This document shows positions 1 through 13,159 of a stretch of DNA of 64,000 nucleotides, piece by piece. A program made the translations under genes and the position numbers. The notes beneath the pieces are model-generated. The model ran no database searches and had not been told where the DNA came from. It saw nothing but the letters and a program-made list of their open reading frames with translations. The stretch's first letter is position 1. Each line of letters begins with the position of its first letter. This DNA comes from Camelus dromedarius (lineage: Eukaryota), in NCBI RefSeq assembly GCF_036321535.1, contig NC_087436.1, positions 69,938,001 to 70,002,000 on the forward strand, given 5' to 3'.

Positions 1-708
1 TGAGGAATCGCCATACTGTTTTCCATAGTGACTGCACCAAACTGCATTCCCACCAGCAGTGTAGGAGGGTTCCCTTTTCTCCACAGCCTCTCCAGCATTT
101 GTCATTTGTGGACTTTTGAATCATGGCCATTCTGACTGATGTGAGGTGATACCACATGGTAGTTTTGATTTGCATTTCTCTGATAATTAGTGATACTGAG
201 CATTTTTTCATATGCCTATTGATCATTTGTATTTCTTCCTTGGAGAATTGCTTGTTTAGGTCTTCTGTCCATTTTTGGATTGGATTTTTTTTTTCTTATT
301 AAGTCGTATGAGCTGCTTATATATTCTGGAGATCAAGCCTTTGTTGGTTTCATTTGCAAAAATTTTCTCATATTCCATAGGTTGTTGTTTTGTTTTATTT
401 ATAGTTTCCTTTACAGTGCAGAAGCTTGTAAGTTTAATTAGGTCCTATTTGCTTATTCTTGCTTTTATTTCTATTGCTTGGGTAGACTGTCCTAGGAGAA
501 CATTTTTGAGATGTATGTCAGATAATGTTTTGCCTATATTTTCTTCTAGGAGGTTTATTGTATCTTGTCTTATGTTTCAGTCTTTGATCCATTTTTAGTT
601 TATTTTTGTGTATGGTGTAAGGGAGTGTTCTAGCTTCATTGTTTTACATGCTGCTGTCCAGTTTTCCCAACACCATTTGCTGAAGAGACTGTCTTTATTC
701 CATTGTAT
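1..708 (-). mobile_element. LINE-1 fragment (3' part of ORF2), relatively young, runs off the window edge
   Basis: Typical antisense L1 ORF2 3' text (ccatactgttttccatagtg...gtgaggtgatacc...tttgatttgcatttctctgat...caacaccatttgctgaagagact). The 275..598 ORF is the usual L1 antisense artefact. Confidence 0.9.
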
Positions 709-1489
709 GGCCTTTGTTTTAAAGTCTGTTTTTTCTCACATGAGTATTGCTACCCCCACTTTCTTGTCATTTCCGTTTGAGTGAAATATCTTTTTCTACC
801 CCCTCAATTTCAATCTATGTGTGTCCTTTGCCCTAAAGTGAGTCTTACAGGCAGCATATTGTAGGCTTTTGTTCTATTATCCAATCAGCCACTCTATGTC
901 TTTTGATTGGAAGATTTAGACTACTGACAGTGAAATGAGTTTCTTCATCAGAAAGATGTTGTGGTAGATTATCATTAGCAAATATAGCATTCTTTAAGTG
1001 CATAGCCTGTGTTTACAGGAGAAATATTATGGATAGAAAGGCAAATCCATATCTAGGGGATGTGTCTATTCCAGTGCAGACAAGTCTCTTTCCTCTCTGA
1101 TGGGTGGAGTACAATTTAAACAACTAACATCAGGTGTCCAGGAGATGTTTATCAAAAAGGTATTGGTTATTTGAAGAAGGAATGGAATTTTCTTCCAAAC
1201 TGAAAGTCTTGCTGCAGTTCTCCTACTGTTACTTGCCAGAGGATCCATACAGTATATCCCCAGTTGCCACATAAACCTTATCATCAGATCTGCTGAGTCT
1301 TAAAAAGCCCATTCTGAAGAGTAGCTAGTACAGTATACTTGATGTGCTTTAGGGCCTCTTGCTGCTTTGACCCCTACTCAGAACTGGCAGCTCAGTATGT
1401 TACTGAGATCATGGATAGCTCACTCAAATGTGGTATATGTTCCCACCAAAATCCAAAAAGCCCCAAAAAGCATTGTGCAAAAAACATAG

Positions 1490-2945
1490 AATGACATTTT
1501 TTAAATGATAAAAGTAAGTAACTGGAAACCTAGGATTATACATCCAATAAAAGTATCTTTCAAAAATAAAGAGATTTTCAGACAGAAAAACCCTAAGAGA
1601 ATGTGTCAACAGTTGACTCACAATAAAAGAAATTCTAAAGAGAAATACTCAAGCAGAAGGAATATGATCGTGGATGGAAATATGAAATGCAGGAAAAAAG
1701 AACTGGAAAAAATAATCATTTAGGTTCATCTAAATAAATAATGACAATTTTTTAAATACTAGAGATGTCTTCTGCATTTTAATATATGGAGAACTAGAAC
1801 TCATTTATAACAGTATAAAAGTTGAAAGTTAGTAAATTGAGTTAAATTATTGTAACAGTCTCACACTGCCTGGAAAGTAATAAAAGTACTAACTTAAGAC
1901 AAATTTTAATATACGAATGAGGCATATTTTAATCTCTAGGATAACCACTAAAATAATAATAAGAGAATGTATTGCTAACAAATGAATAGAAGAGAAATGA
2001 AATAAGAACAACTTACTTGTGGTATATTTATACAATGGAATAATACTCAGAGATAAAAAGAATAAAATAATGTCATTTGCAGCAGCATGGATAGACCTAG
2101 AGATTGTCATTCTAAGTGAAATGAGCCAGAAAGAGAAAGAAAAATACCATATTATATCACTCATATGTGAAATCTAGAACAGAAAAAAGAACTCATGTAC
2201 AAAACAGAAACAGATGTGCAGATATAGTAAACAATCTTCTGGTTACTGGGGGAAAGGGGGTAGGAAAGGGGTAAATTTGGAAGTTTGAGATTTGCAGAGG
2301 TTAACCACTATATATAAAAATAGATAAAAACAAATTTCTTCTGTATAGCACAGGGAACTATATTCAATATCTTGTAATAACCTTTAATGAAAATGAATAT
2401 ATGTATATATATGCATGACTAGGACATTATGCTGTACACCAGAAACTGACACATCGTAACTGACTATACTTCAATTTTAAAAAAGGCAACTGAATAAGGC
2501 AATAATAATAAAAAATTTAAATTTTTTTAAAAATAAAAAATTAAAAACCTAATAAATCCTAAAGAAGACAAGAAAAAGAAAAAACATAACAAATAGGAGA
2601 CATAGGAAAAATAGTAAAATGATAAATTTAAACACAAAGACATTAACACTTAATGTAAGCAAACTAGATTATCTAATTAAAAGACAAAGATTGTCAGACC
2701 TAATTTTTAAAAATTATATACTGTCTACAAGAGATTTTCTTTAAACATTAAGATACTGAATGATTAGGGAAGGGGGAAAATGGAAAAAAATTGTATTATG
2801 CTAAAAGCACTATCCAAAAGGAAGATGCTGTAACTATACTAATAGCAGACAAAATAGATTTAAAGACAAGTGTTACTAGAAATAAGAAATCACATTGCTT
2901 AATACAAAAGGATGAATTCAACAATAAGTTAACAATTTTAGATTT
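1490..2945 (+). mobile_element. Old degenerate L1 (end of ORF1, spacer, start of ORF2 endonuclease), interrupted by a younger L1 tail
   Basis: ORF1-like 'PRIIHPIKVSFKN' at 1505-1720. ORF2 endonuclease-like 'AVTILIADKIDLK' at ~2830. Confidence 0.7.
2016..2484 (+). mobile_element. 5'-truncated young L1 3' end
   Basis: gtggtatatttatacaatggaa...gcagcatggatagacctagaga...gactatacttcaat plus an A tail. Very similar to the copy at 55505-56054. Confidence 0.88.
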
Positions 2946-2974
2946 GACCTATTATTATTATTTGATTAACATAT

Positions 2975-3220
2975 ATACACTACTATATATCAACTAGATA
3001 AACAACAATGACCTACTGTATAGCATAGGGAACTATATTCAACATCTTGTAATAATAACCTTTAATGGAAAAGAATATATATATTCTTTAATATATTTAA
3101 TGGAAAAGAATATGTATATACATATATATTTGAATCATTTTGCTGTACACCCAAAACTAACATGACATTGTAAATCAAGTATGCTTTAATTTTTAAAAAC
3201 TTCAATAAATAAATAAAACT
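2975..3220 (+). mobile_element. L1 3' tail fragment
   Basis: gacctactgtatagcatagggaactatattcaa...tgctgtacacc...cattgtaaatcaa plus an A-rich tail. Confidence 0.75.
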
Positions 3221-4619
3221 TGTTTTAAAACAAAGCATCTAAGCATATAGGGCAAAAACTGAAAGGAAGAAAAGGGCTGTTATAACATGGGAATAAACAT
3301 AAATCACTGACTTTAATTGTGCTAGATACAGATTTCTTTAGAAAAAAATTAATCTGTCAAATAATTTTATTCGCTAACACCAGTGAGTCTCCACCTGCAA
3401 TCTGGATTTCGTATGAAAAGACACAATTGCTGCTTTAGGTATTGGTTTAGAAAGTAGGTCGTCAAGATCTCTTAAAGTCAAGTTTATTTAAAATTTCACT
3501 TGAGTAAGAGTTTTTGTTTTTAAAAGAAGTGTGCTTCCGCCTGCTTCGGACACTAATGCTTTGTTGGATACAACTCAAGCAGAAATTGTTTCATTTTACA
3601 ATGATCATTCTAAATCCTTCACAGCCAATGTTTTATTACAACTAGAAATTACACCTTGTATTTAAAACACTTGGCTGAAAATTATCTTGGCATCAAAACA
3701 ATTCACAGCACCAAGGAGAAAGAAAAGTTATCTTTTTCACAAAGTCAGTATGTGACTAGAGAAGGTAACAATTCAGGAGGTATTCAGCATTAACTTTGAA
3801 GATCTGCTGGCTCATATAAATGTATAGCAATAGAATTGTGTCAAAAACAATTAGCAAACTAATAAATTGTGCATGAGTTCTAGTTGTCAAGTATATGAAA
3901 TCACTAGCAAAGGTATGACTAGGCAAAGAAAACTTGGTAGTTTAAGATCAATTTCAACTCAGTTCCCCCATCAGCACCAAAATCACCTTTTAAATTAAAT
4001 CACCTTTAAAAATTAAATATGCATTACCTCTCAATTACGAGAGACTCATCATTCCAGGGTATTTTAAAAATTGAATGAAGTAAGGAAGATATTCCTGTCA
4101 AAAGACTAACATTTGCTAATCACATGGGCCAGATTTTTGTATGTCCATTTTATTTAATCTTCAAAACAAATTCTATAAAGCAGATTAGTAGTATTTATTT
4201 TGTAGGTGACAACGTTGAGATACACGTTATTAGGTAGCTGGCCAATAAAACACACAGCTAAATACAGGAGGGGAGTTGGAATTTCAACCTGGCTTCATCC
4301 CACACACACCACTAAACTACAGTATAACAAAAGGTTTTCATATTTTTCAACTACAACTCAAAAACATATAATTTTCAAAATAATTCAGTATATGCCCCCC
4401 ATATAATCATAAAATGTTTCATAAGAAAATACATGTAATGCCATCTGATATTTTCTTCTCTATTCTGCTCTATCCATTCTGTAAATTCTGTTTCCCACTT
4501 CCTAGATCGATATCACAGATTACAATGAGTAGCATCCACACTTCAGTAAGTGCTGTTATTTTTAAAAAGTATGTTAATTAGTTAAGTGGTTGTATATAAG
4601 TTGGATTTGGGGGACAAAA

Positions 4620-4865
4620 TAGCACAGTGGGAAAAATTCAAGCTCTAAAATGTGTCAAATTTAAGGTCAATTCTTATCTTAAATATTCAGGAAAAATTTG
4701 AACAAGTTACTTGACTTCCTTATGATTCATTTTCCAATCAGTAATCTGGCAATAATAACATAAATTGCAAGGGATTATTGTGAGGATTAAATGAGCTAAT
4801 CCACATGAAGTGTTTAGAACACAATCCAGGATGTGGCAAAGACTCAATAAATCATAGCTATTAGG
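4620..4865 (+). mobile_element. MIR SINE
   Basis: MIR core: aacaagttacttgac...attgtgaggattaaatgagctaat...actcaataaat. Confidence 0.65.
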
Positions 4866-5139
4866 GAATAAAGTATAACATCTTACAGGATAATTTTTTC
4901 TCAACTGAAAAAAAAAGGTTATGTCATATGGATAAATCTCTCAGTACCTGGATTCATCTTAAACATAAAATTGTCTGATTTATTATATCTATTTGCCATA
5001 AATTCATAATAGATTATGTTATTTTCCTGTACCTGCCATCTTTGCTGGGCTAGTGTATATTGTATCTATTCATATTGTTCAAATAATGTTGATAAAATTA
5101 CAGAACCCAATATATCTTGGAGCATTTTTTGGGGTTCTT

Positions 5140-5216
5140 TTTAATTGAAGTATAGTCAGTTTACAATGCTGTGTTAATTTCTGGTATACAGCATCCTGAT
5201 TCCATTTTATATATTT

Positions 5217-5247
<31 letters not shown>

Positions 5248-5515
5248 AACACACACACACATTCCTTCTCATATTCTTTTTCATTATAGGCTATTACAGG
5301 GTATTAAATATAGTTCCCTGTGCTACAGACCTTGCCATTTATCTATTTTATATACAGTAGTTAGCATCTACATATCCCAAACTCCCAGTTTATCCCTTCA
5401 CCCTGCCTTTCCCCATTGGTAACCACAAGTTTATTTTCTACATCTGTGAGTCTGTTTCTATTTTGTAAATAAGTTCATTTGTCTCATTTTTTTTCAGATT
5501 CCACGTATGAGTGAT
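5140..5515 (-). mobile_element. L1 3' tail with internal (TA)n(CA)n microsatellite
   Basis: attgaagtatagtcagtttacaat...aatatagttccctgtgctac...ttggtaaccacaagttt...agattccacgtatgagtga. Confidence 0.85.
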
Positions 5516-5890
5516 TTTCTTACTCTTTAAGTAATCTAGCTATTCATAAGTTACAGAAAAAAAATGTATTAAGCAATTTCCATCTGTCTAATATTTTAAG
5601 TAGCCCAAATGTCTGTTTACAGCACCTATAAATAAAATTACAAATCTAGGAAAGAAATATAAAATTAAGATTAAGAAATTATAAAGACTCTGCTTCCTAA
5701 TTCTCCATCTCCCACTAAAGGATCTTTCCTCTTACTTCCAAAATTGAGATAAAACATTTATTTCAACTGCTTCCTTTTCCCATTCTTCAAAATCCTTCTT
5801 CCCAAATAAGTCAACTCTTACTGTATACATGTCAGTTCTGATACACATATCTAGACATGTGCAAACTCCAGAATCCACACCATTTTAAAG

Positions 5891-6070
5891 CAGAGGTTCT
5901 CAAACAAGTTTTCACTTTATAATCACTTCAGGGGAGATTTAATAATACTTTTGCCTGTCTTCCTGCTCTATAGTTCTGATAAATTGGTCTAGGGTAAGCT
6001 CTGAGAATAGAGGATTTTTTAAAAGCTCCCCAGGTAATTTTAATGTGCAGTCAAGCTTGAAAACCACTGT
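5891..6070. mobile_element. MER5-like hAT DNA transposon remnant
   Basis: Starts cagaggttctcaaa and ends aagctccccaggtaattttaatgtgcag...ttgaaaaccactg (imperfect terminal inverted repeats). Confidence 0.65.
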
Positions 6071-6224
6071 ATTAGAGCATTCAGCATGCTTCCCCAAGGC
6101 CTGCTAGGCAGAGATTGGATCACAGTTCTATGGATGAAGCTGCCAAACTGGCAACTGCAACTGTCATTTCTTTGTTTAGGTAAAGAAAATCAACACAGCT
6201 TACCTTCCCTCAAGCTTTCTCTTA

Positions 6225-6256
6225 ACTCCAATAGAAATCCAGACAGAGGTATTTAA
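6225..6256 (+). promoter_or_regulatory. Putative OPRPN/PROL1 core promoter (CCAAT plus TATA-like TATTTAA at 6250-6256)
   Basis: Both motifs sit just upstream of the non-coding exon 1. Confidence 0.5.
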
Positions 6257-6281
6257 GAAGAGAGATTTTTCTGTGGAAGTT

Positions 6282-6386
6282 CTTTTTCTTCTCGAGTTTT
6301 CAAATTGTGACTATCTAAACTGAGTATCTGGCAAAAGTAAGATTAAACAACATTCTGGTTGTTCCAAAGAAGAATCTCCTGTCAAG
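6282..6386 (+). other. OPRPN: OPRPN/PROL1 exon 1 (5' UTR; start approximate)
   Basis: tgagtatctggcaaaagtaagattaa...gttccaaagaagaatctcctgtcaag resembles the human PROL1 5' UTR as I recall it. It ends in a perfect donor AAG|gtaagt (6387). Confidence 0.8.
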
Positions 6387-6529
6387 GTAAGTGGTACTCA
6401 GAAATATATATGTCAGTATTTTGACTTTGGAATTCTAACTTTTGCTCATATTCTCAATCACATCATTCTCACGGTGTGGTATGTGTACGTGTGTATATAT
6501 ATATATACATACAGAGAGAGAGAGAGAGA

Positions 6530-7035
6530 GATACACACACATATATAAATGGAATATTATTCAGCCTTTAAAAAGAAGGAAATACTGTTATTTGCAACAT
6601 CATGGATAAAACTGGAGGGCATTGTGCTATATAAAATAAGCCAAAAACAAAAAGACAAATACTATATGGTATCACTTATAAGTGAAATCTAAAATTTTTA
6701 AAAAGCCAAACCCATAGAAACAGAGAGTAGAAACAGGGGCTGGGGAGTGGGGGTGAAATGGGAGAGGTTGGTAAAAGGGAACAAACTTTTTGTTATAAGA
6801 TGAAGTCTGAGGATCTAACATATAACACAATGACTATAGTTGATAATACTGATTGTATAATTGAAATTTGCTGAGAGTAGAACTTAAATGTTCTCACTAA
6901 ATATATATATATAGGTAAGGTGATGGACGTATTAACTCAGTGAGGGAAATCCTTTCACAATGTAACATATATCAAATAATAATGTTATACACTTTATGAC
7001 TTTGTCAGTTATATCTCAATAAAGCTTAAAAAAAT
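6530..7035 (+). mobile_element. L1MA-type 3' end in PROL1 intron 1, preceded by a (TA)/(GA) microsatellite
   Basis: aatggaatattattcagcc...catggataaaactggagggcatt...tatatctcaataaagct. Confidence 0.85.
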
Positions 7036-8190
7036 GTAAAGATTCAAGCTACCTAAAAAACTCAGATGTGTTTTAAGAAAAAAGCATTGGCAGTGGTAAA
7101 GCTAACCAGGTCTTCAAAATTTCTGAAAGACTGTGTCAAGAACATCATGTTGACTGGTTGCACAATTTACATCCAATTTACACCCAATCTATTGACTTTT
7201 TTAGTGATATGTTTTAATGGTCTCTAAAGCCAATCATGAATAGAAGAGACTCAAACACAAAGATTTGCATTTCTGTTGTTTTTGTATGAGTTGAGTTTTT
7301 AATGTATTTTTAAATTGCCTGTAAAGAGAACATATTAGAAAAAAGTAATTTTAAGGTGGTGACCTCATGAACATACAACTGTAGAATCCATGGACCTCTC
7401 TTCCTGTGTCATTTTCAAGGCTAGTATAGATGATGGACACCCCTATGACCCCAAGGCAATCTGTCATCATGGTGTGATTGGATTTGCCATGTACTTGTGA
7501 TATATTGCTGATAACCATAGTCAGATTAAGGACAAAACCTCTTTTTTCCTAATTCAGACACTGATGGACAACAATTGGCTTTTGGGAATGTCTTGTGGGG
7601 AAAAAGAATATCAAGGCAATAATACCTTCTAGAGTGTTGTTTAAAAAAAGGTACACATCGCACAAATATTTTACCTTCAGATAAATCTAACAGAGGAATT
7701 ACGTTTTTAAAAAAGATAATTACACTAAGAAGTTATTTTTGACAACAATCTGGTCACATTGACACTATCCTGGTCATGTATCTACAGAAATCTGTACTAA
7801 TACCGAAAGCACACTCAAATAAGTATGTCTCTCCAAAGCAGTCACTGCTAGAGGCAAGAAGGATTTTCCAAAAATATTCTTATTTTCAAAATGTATTTGA
7901 AAAATTATCTAGGACTTATCTTTCATTAGATGTGAATGAAAATAACAAGTCCTGTCATTTTGTTATAAAATATCACAAACATAAGAATATTGCTGTGTAT
8001 ATAAGCTGCTTCCTTTCCTCAAAATTTCAAGCACATCTTTGAAGGTGGTAGTACTATTTCTTTGTCATATCACATAATATGTACTAGAATCCTTTCAAAT
8101 TTTTTATTTGAAATTTTAAAAATAATAACGTTGATCAATTTGACTAACCATGGACAATCATTGGCTTGCTTTCAGAGACAAGACTAAAGG

Positions 8191-8244
8191 ATGAAAAAAT
8201 TAACTTTCATCTTCAGCCTATTGGCTCTTGTTGCACATTTTACG
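8191..8244 (+). CDS. OPRPN: OPRPN/PROL1 exon 2: signal peptide MKKLTFIFSLLALVAHFT (exon begins at 8176)
   Basis: Acceptor ctttcag| at 8175, 15 nt of UTR, ATG at 8191, 18 codons, phase-0 donor ACG|gtaagt. This is the canonical SCPP signal exon and resembles PROL1/SMR3 signal peptides. Confidence 0.93.
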
Positions 8245-11200
8245 GTAAGTTTCCCTAGTCTTAAATATTCTTGATATATTTCTTACTAATTATAATTTCA
8301 AACAAAATTTTGAAACCTATTTGTCATCATCCTTTACAGAACAATATAGTATCAAAATGTCAATCATTATAGACTTGTTCTTACTCCCCTTCTTCTTTCT
8401 CTTTTACATATGACTCTCCAACTAGACAGAAGTCTTAGGCCTGAAAAACAGAGGGCAGGTGGAATCTGGGAGAGCTATGTCTGATCTGGAAAACATCTCT
8501 TCTCTTTTCTCTTTTTCAAAAGAACTACAATCAAATCATCAGAAAAATATAATGTAAGCTTACTAAGTGTTTTAAGGATATAGGAAATGGAAAATGGAAA
8601 GTTGAGGCTTCAAGACAAGTTTTCTAAAAAGACAACATAATGCACCAATGCATTATAAATGTATTATAAAGACTTTAAAATTAGAAAGTCTTTCTAATGT
8701 CTAAAAACACATTGGCTAGGGCTAAAATATTTCTATTAATTGGCTGTGGAGTAAAGTTCTGCTTTACTTTTTACTCTGCTTGTCATAAGAAAAAATGGCA
8801 TAAAAAGACAGGTCATTCACTCAGGAAACACTTATGTTAATTCAAACTTCTGAGAAACATTTGGATAGGCTGTACAGAAGATCCAATGCAAAGAAACAAG
8901 TAATAAATTCCATAGCCATAAACATCAATGGAGTAACACAAACCCCATAAAAAGTATAGTTACCTTAGTGTATGTTGGTGCTGGGGTGAGAGTTAGGGAG
9001 AAGAGAGAGAGCTCAGAATATGTTTTACATCTGAATAATTACTGGCAGTCCACTGTGTGCTGAGCCTAGTGCTGGATGGCACAAAAAGTACCAACGTTGA
9101 ATTCAGAACTGGGGTCCTAATAGGTTAGGTTCTCATTTCTTATATTTACCTGAGATAAACTATTGAGGAACCAGTTTCCATTATACAATGAACAAATATA
9201 TGTCAATAGACTCCAGCAATAATACAAGGAGATAAAGTAGAATTATAATTCTGGTACATTTCATGATATTTGTATAAATATTCTTGGATAAGTGGTTTAT
9301 TTTCACTAAACTCAGGTTCTTATCTAGAATATGAAGTCGAACAATGTTTCATTCCACGGGATATCTGTATCAGAAACATCTGATTCAACTATTAAGAATG
9401 TATATTTCCAGGCTCTCCCCTAGGCCTGAGAATAAAAAAGAACATCTTGTTTTGAAGCTTGGGAACCTGCTATCCAGGGGACTCATGCATGCTGAAATTT
9501 GAGATTACTCAAATAGATTTTCTTGAAATTAACTTCTTATGCTATTCTGCTTTAGTTACAGGAGGTATATAAAGAGAGTTTTTTAAGTAAATTTAATTGA
9601 AATCAGTACACCAAATGAAAGTCTTAAATCAATTAGTATAATTGATTATCAAATTTATCATGCTAGAATAAGCCCCTTTTTTGAAGCACTCCCCCAAACA
9701 CTGTGACAAATGTGACTTCCCTGGCCACATTAATAAACTTTAGCTCACACTTTTCAAAAATGTTAACAGTTTGAAGATACAGGAAGTTCCACGGACAAGT
9801 ACATTTGGGAGAGCTGGATGCAACAAACCACAACTTAGTATACTAGAGTGCTTTTCAGAGACAATAATAGAGAAAATGCTGTCTTTGTTCCCCTTCCTTA
9901 CAACCCTCTGTTTCATACTAAGAATAGGCAACTTCTAAGGAACCTTATACAAAGCATCAATCTTGAACAATCTTATGAATTAATGGCACATTTTTACTCA
10001 AGAGGCCTGAACTGCAAGACTAATGCAACTTAAGACAAATTCCTTCTAGTTTAAAAGATTACAGAATCCCAGCTCTGAGATTTCAGTCTGTATTTACAAA
10101 GTTCCATGGCTTTTCAAACTCAAAATGATTAAAACTTAAATGACTCCTTTCCCATATGGCACCTTCATTAATGACACTGACCATGACTTAGATCCCAGAA
10201 TTTTACTTGAATCCACATCTATTAATTCAAAAACACTTACTGGAGCTTAGAATGCACCAGGAATTGGAGATAGAAAGATGAACAAAATAGAGAAATTGTT
10301 TTTTGTTTAAGGGTTTTCTTTGGTGGGGAGGAGGAGCTAAACAATTATCATACAATATTATAAGTGGTTATAAGTATTATAATAAAAATGCTAAAGTAAA
10401 AAGAGTAAGAACATTAACTTATCTCCTCTTCACTCCCACAAAGATGTTGGGCACTGACTGAGATGCTGGAGATACAAAGCTGAGGAAAATACCATCACTT
10501 TCTTCAACAACAATAAAACAGCTCATGATACTAAAACAAGAGAGGGAGAATTATCAAAGCAAATAGTTACTATCTCTGTGAGAAGAAAGTGATGAAATTT
10601 GCTTTGGGCTCCAGTGAAACCTTCACAAAAGTAAAAATTTGGTTGATTATATATTGTATAAAGATATTTGCCATATAATTTTTTAAATTTTCATAAAGTA
10701 TTGAGTGGGCGTGAAGCTACTTAAACATGAGCTTCACCGGTGGCTGGACATTAGGGAGGGAGTGAAGCATTCTCAGCTAGAAGTGCCTATACAAAGACAC
10801 AGGGGCAAGAAACAGCCCCCTATGTTGATAGTTCTACATGGTCTGTATGGTCAAAGCAAGTACAGGTCTGTATGGTCGAAGCAAGAATGCAGAAGGGAAT
10901 GGCAAGAGATGAGGTTAGATGGTGCTACAGGCTTTCTTGTTGGTTGCAAAGAACAGGGAACCACTCAAGATATCTCAAGAAAAGGGAAGTCAACAAAAGA
11001 ATAAATGTAAATTAGAACTGGAACAACAAATTCAGTCAGTCCTAAGATCCAGTCCTCACTTCTCAAGGCATACCTGCTTATCTCTGCACTGTTCTCTCTC
11101 TCGGGAGACTTGATCTCTTTACTCATAGTTTCCATGTTCTCATAGTTTAGGTTACTCGTGACTCTTATTAACACCCCAGCTTCTACTTGGCTCATTTTAT

Positions 11201-11457
11201 CTTCGCAATATTCATATTTTAGTTTCCATTTGACTAGAAAATCTTAGTATTTTGTATTTCAAGTTACAAAGAAATAATTTTATAAACCTGTGTTATTGAT
11301 CTTCATCTGGCCATAGGTCAAAGGATCCTGGACAGCAAGCACTTTGGAAGCTCTTTGGTCAATAATTCAGAAATAATCCAAATAAAAGTAGCCAGAGAGA
11401 AATCAGTCATGTGGAAAAAAATATAGCTATGGCTCCTTCTGAAATGACTTAGAATTT

Positions 11458-11878
11458 TTTTTTATTGAAGTATAGTTGATTTATAATATTGTGCTCATTT
11501 TGGGTGCAAAAGTGAGTCAGTTGTACATATTTTTTTCAGATTCTTTTCCAGTATAGGTTATTACAAGATATTGAATATAGTTCCTTGTGCTATACAGTAA
11601 ATGCTTGTTGTTAATGTATTTTATATATAGTGGTATGAATCTGTTAATCCTATACTCCTAATTTACCCTTACCATTTGGTAACCATAGGTTAGTTTTCTA
11701 TCTCTGTGAGTCTGTTTCTGTTTTGTAAATAAGTTCAGTCGTATTACTTTTTAGATTCCACATATAAGTGATATCATACAGTATTTGTCTGACTTACTTT
11801 ACTTAGTGTGATAATTTCTAGGTCCAGCCATGTCGCTGCAAATGGCAACATTTCATTCTTTGTTATAGCTGAATAATC
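11458..11878 (-). mobile_element. L1 3' tail in PROL1 intron 2
   Basis: ttttattgaagtatagttgatttataat...agattccacatataagtgatatcatacagtatttgtct...gctgcaaatggca. Confidence 0.85.
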
Positions 11879-13159
11879 TCTTATATTTAGGGATTTGTGG
11901 GATTCTCCAGCAACGTTCACCAGCCTTGCAGTAGAAATAGAGAAGGTAGTTTGTATAGCGTTGATCGAAAAGTTTGATGTTTCCTAGGGCAATATGGCAG
12001 AAAGACACAGAAGCAAGTAACTGAAAGTTACAGGAGTGCCGAGTCTTGCAAATTCCTGAAACTTCTGGTCCAGACAGACTGGTCTTCTGACTGTCCTAAG
12101 ACTAGGCCTCCTATTTCCTGACTGTTCATTCGCTTACAACATTCTAATTTGAATTTCTCTTCCCCATTTCAATTCTACTATTTAAGCTTCATTTCAAATG
12201 CTATCTTTTCTACAAAGCAATCCTTAATCTTCTCTTTCACCAAAACTAAACTTTGCTTCCAAATTGTTATTGCATCTAAAATTTTTTCACTATTTGTCAA
12301 TTATTTCTTGACCTGCTGTCAGATCCACAAACCGTTATGCCTGGTAATCACAGAGTACAAAGCAGCTCACATTTATATTGAGTCCTCACCATACTTTACC
12401 ATGTCTAAGCACTTTCCAGATTATATATAATCCTATATCTGAGACAGGAATTATTTTTAGAAACGTTTCAGAAGTGAAGTAGCAGAGGCAGAGGCTGTAA
12501 TAAGCACCTCAGGTAGCATGCAACAGATGGAATGGTTCCAGCAATCAGACTCCAGTATTTGTCTTGACCAACATTCTACACAACTTCCCACAGACTTTTT
12601 ATTGTATTGTCTTTTATTGTAATTTGGGAGGTTATAGTTCCCACTAAATTTCAGGCTCCTGTAAGGAAGGATTCAGGCCTTAGATCTGTTTCCCTTAGCC
12701 CAGTAAAATGTGTGTTGCATATAATTGTTTCTCAACAAATAGTTATACAATTAATTAATGGTTCGGAGCCTGGAATCTCACTGAATTCTTGAAAGCAGGA
12801 GTAATAAAGAATTTTCCAGGTAGTTGCAATGGAGCATTTCCCTCCATTTGAAGCTACTTCCAAATAGAATCTCTTCTATTAAGCAATCAAGGCAATTTGG
12901 CCTCCTCTGAAACCTGTAGTTCAACAATTGAAGTTTTTGTTTGTTTCTCATTTTTGCATTTATTGCTTATTCTAGGCTTCATCAAGTGCCCACATTTCCA
13001 GAAGAGAAGGAATATTCTCTATTTTTTCCTTTATCTAATTTATTTTCTCAGGGAAATATATTACCGTATGATTGTTAAAAGTACATATACTAATGTTTGA
13101 ACTTTAAATGATAAAATTTAGAAATCTGTTTGATGTTTGTTTGGTTTTTATCACCGCAG

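Noticed and set aside
960..1420. Possible ERVL/MaLR internal fragment (similar weak LTR-like hints at ~10900-11220, 20340-20790, 27870-28070 and 35030-35500)
   Set aside because: Resemblance too weak to assign a family or boundaries without a repeat search.
10838..10886. Small local tandem duplications and simple repeats (also 44350-44388, 53429-53535, GATA at ~25680, G-run at 34294-34308)
   Set aside because: Ordinary slippage products with no sign of function.
13130..13159. ORF-track starts for the 2300-aa ORF (and 48178 for MUC7)
   Set aside because: These residues are the intron's polypyrimidine tract and acceptor. The real starts are ATG 8191 and ATG 42794.
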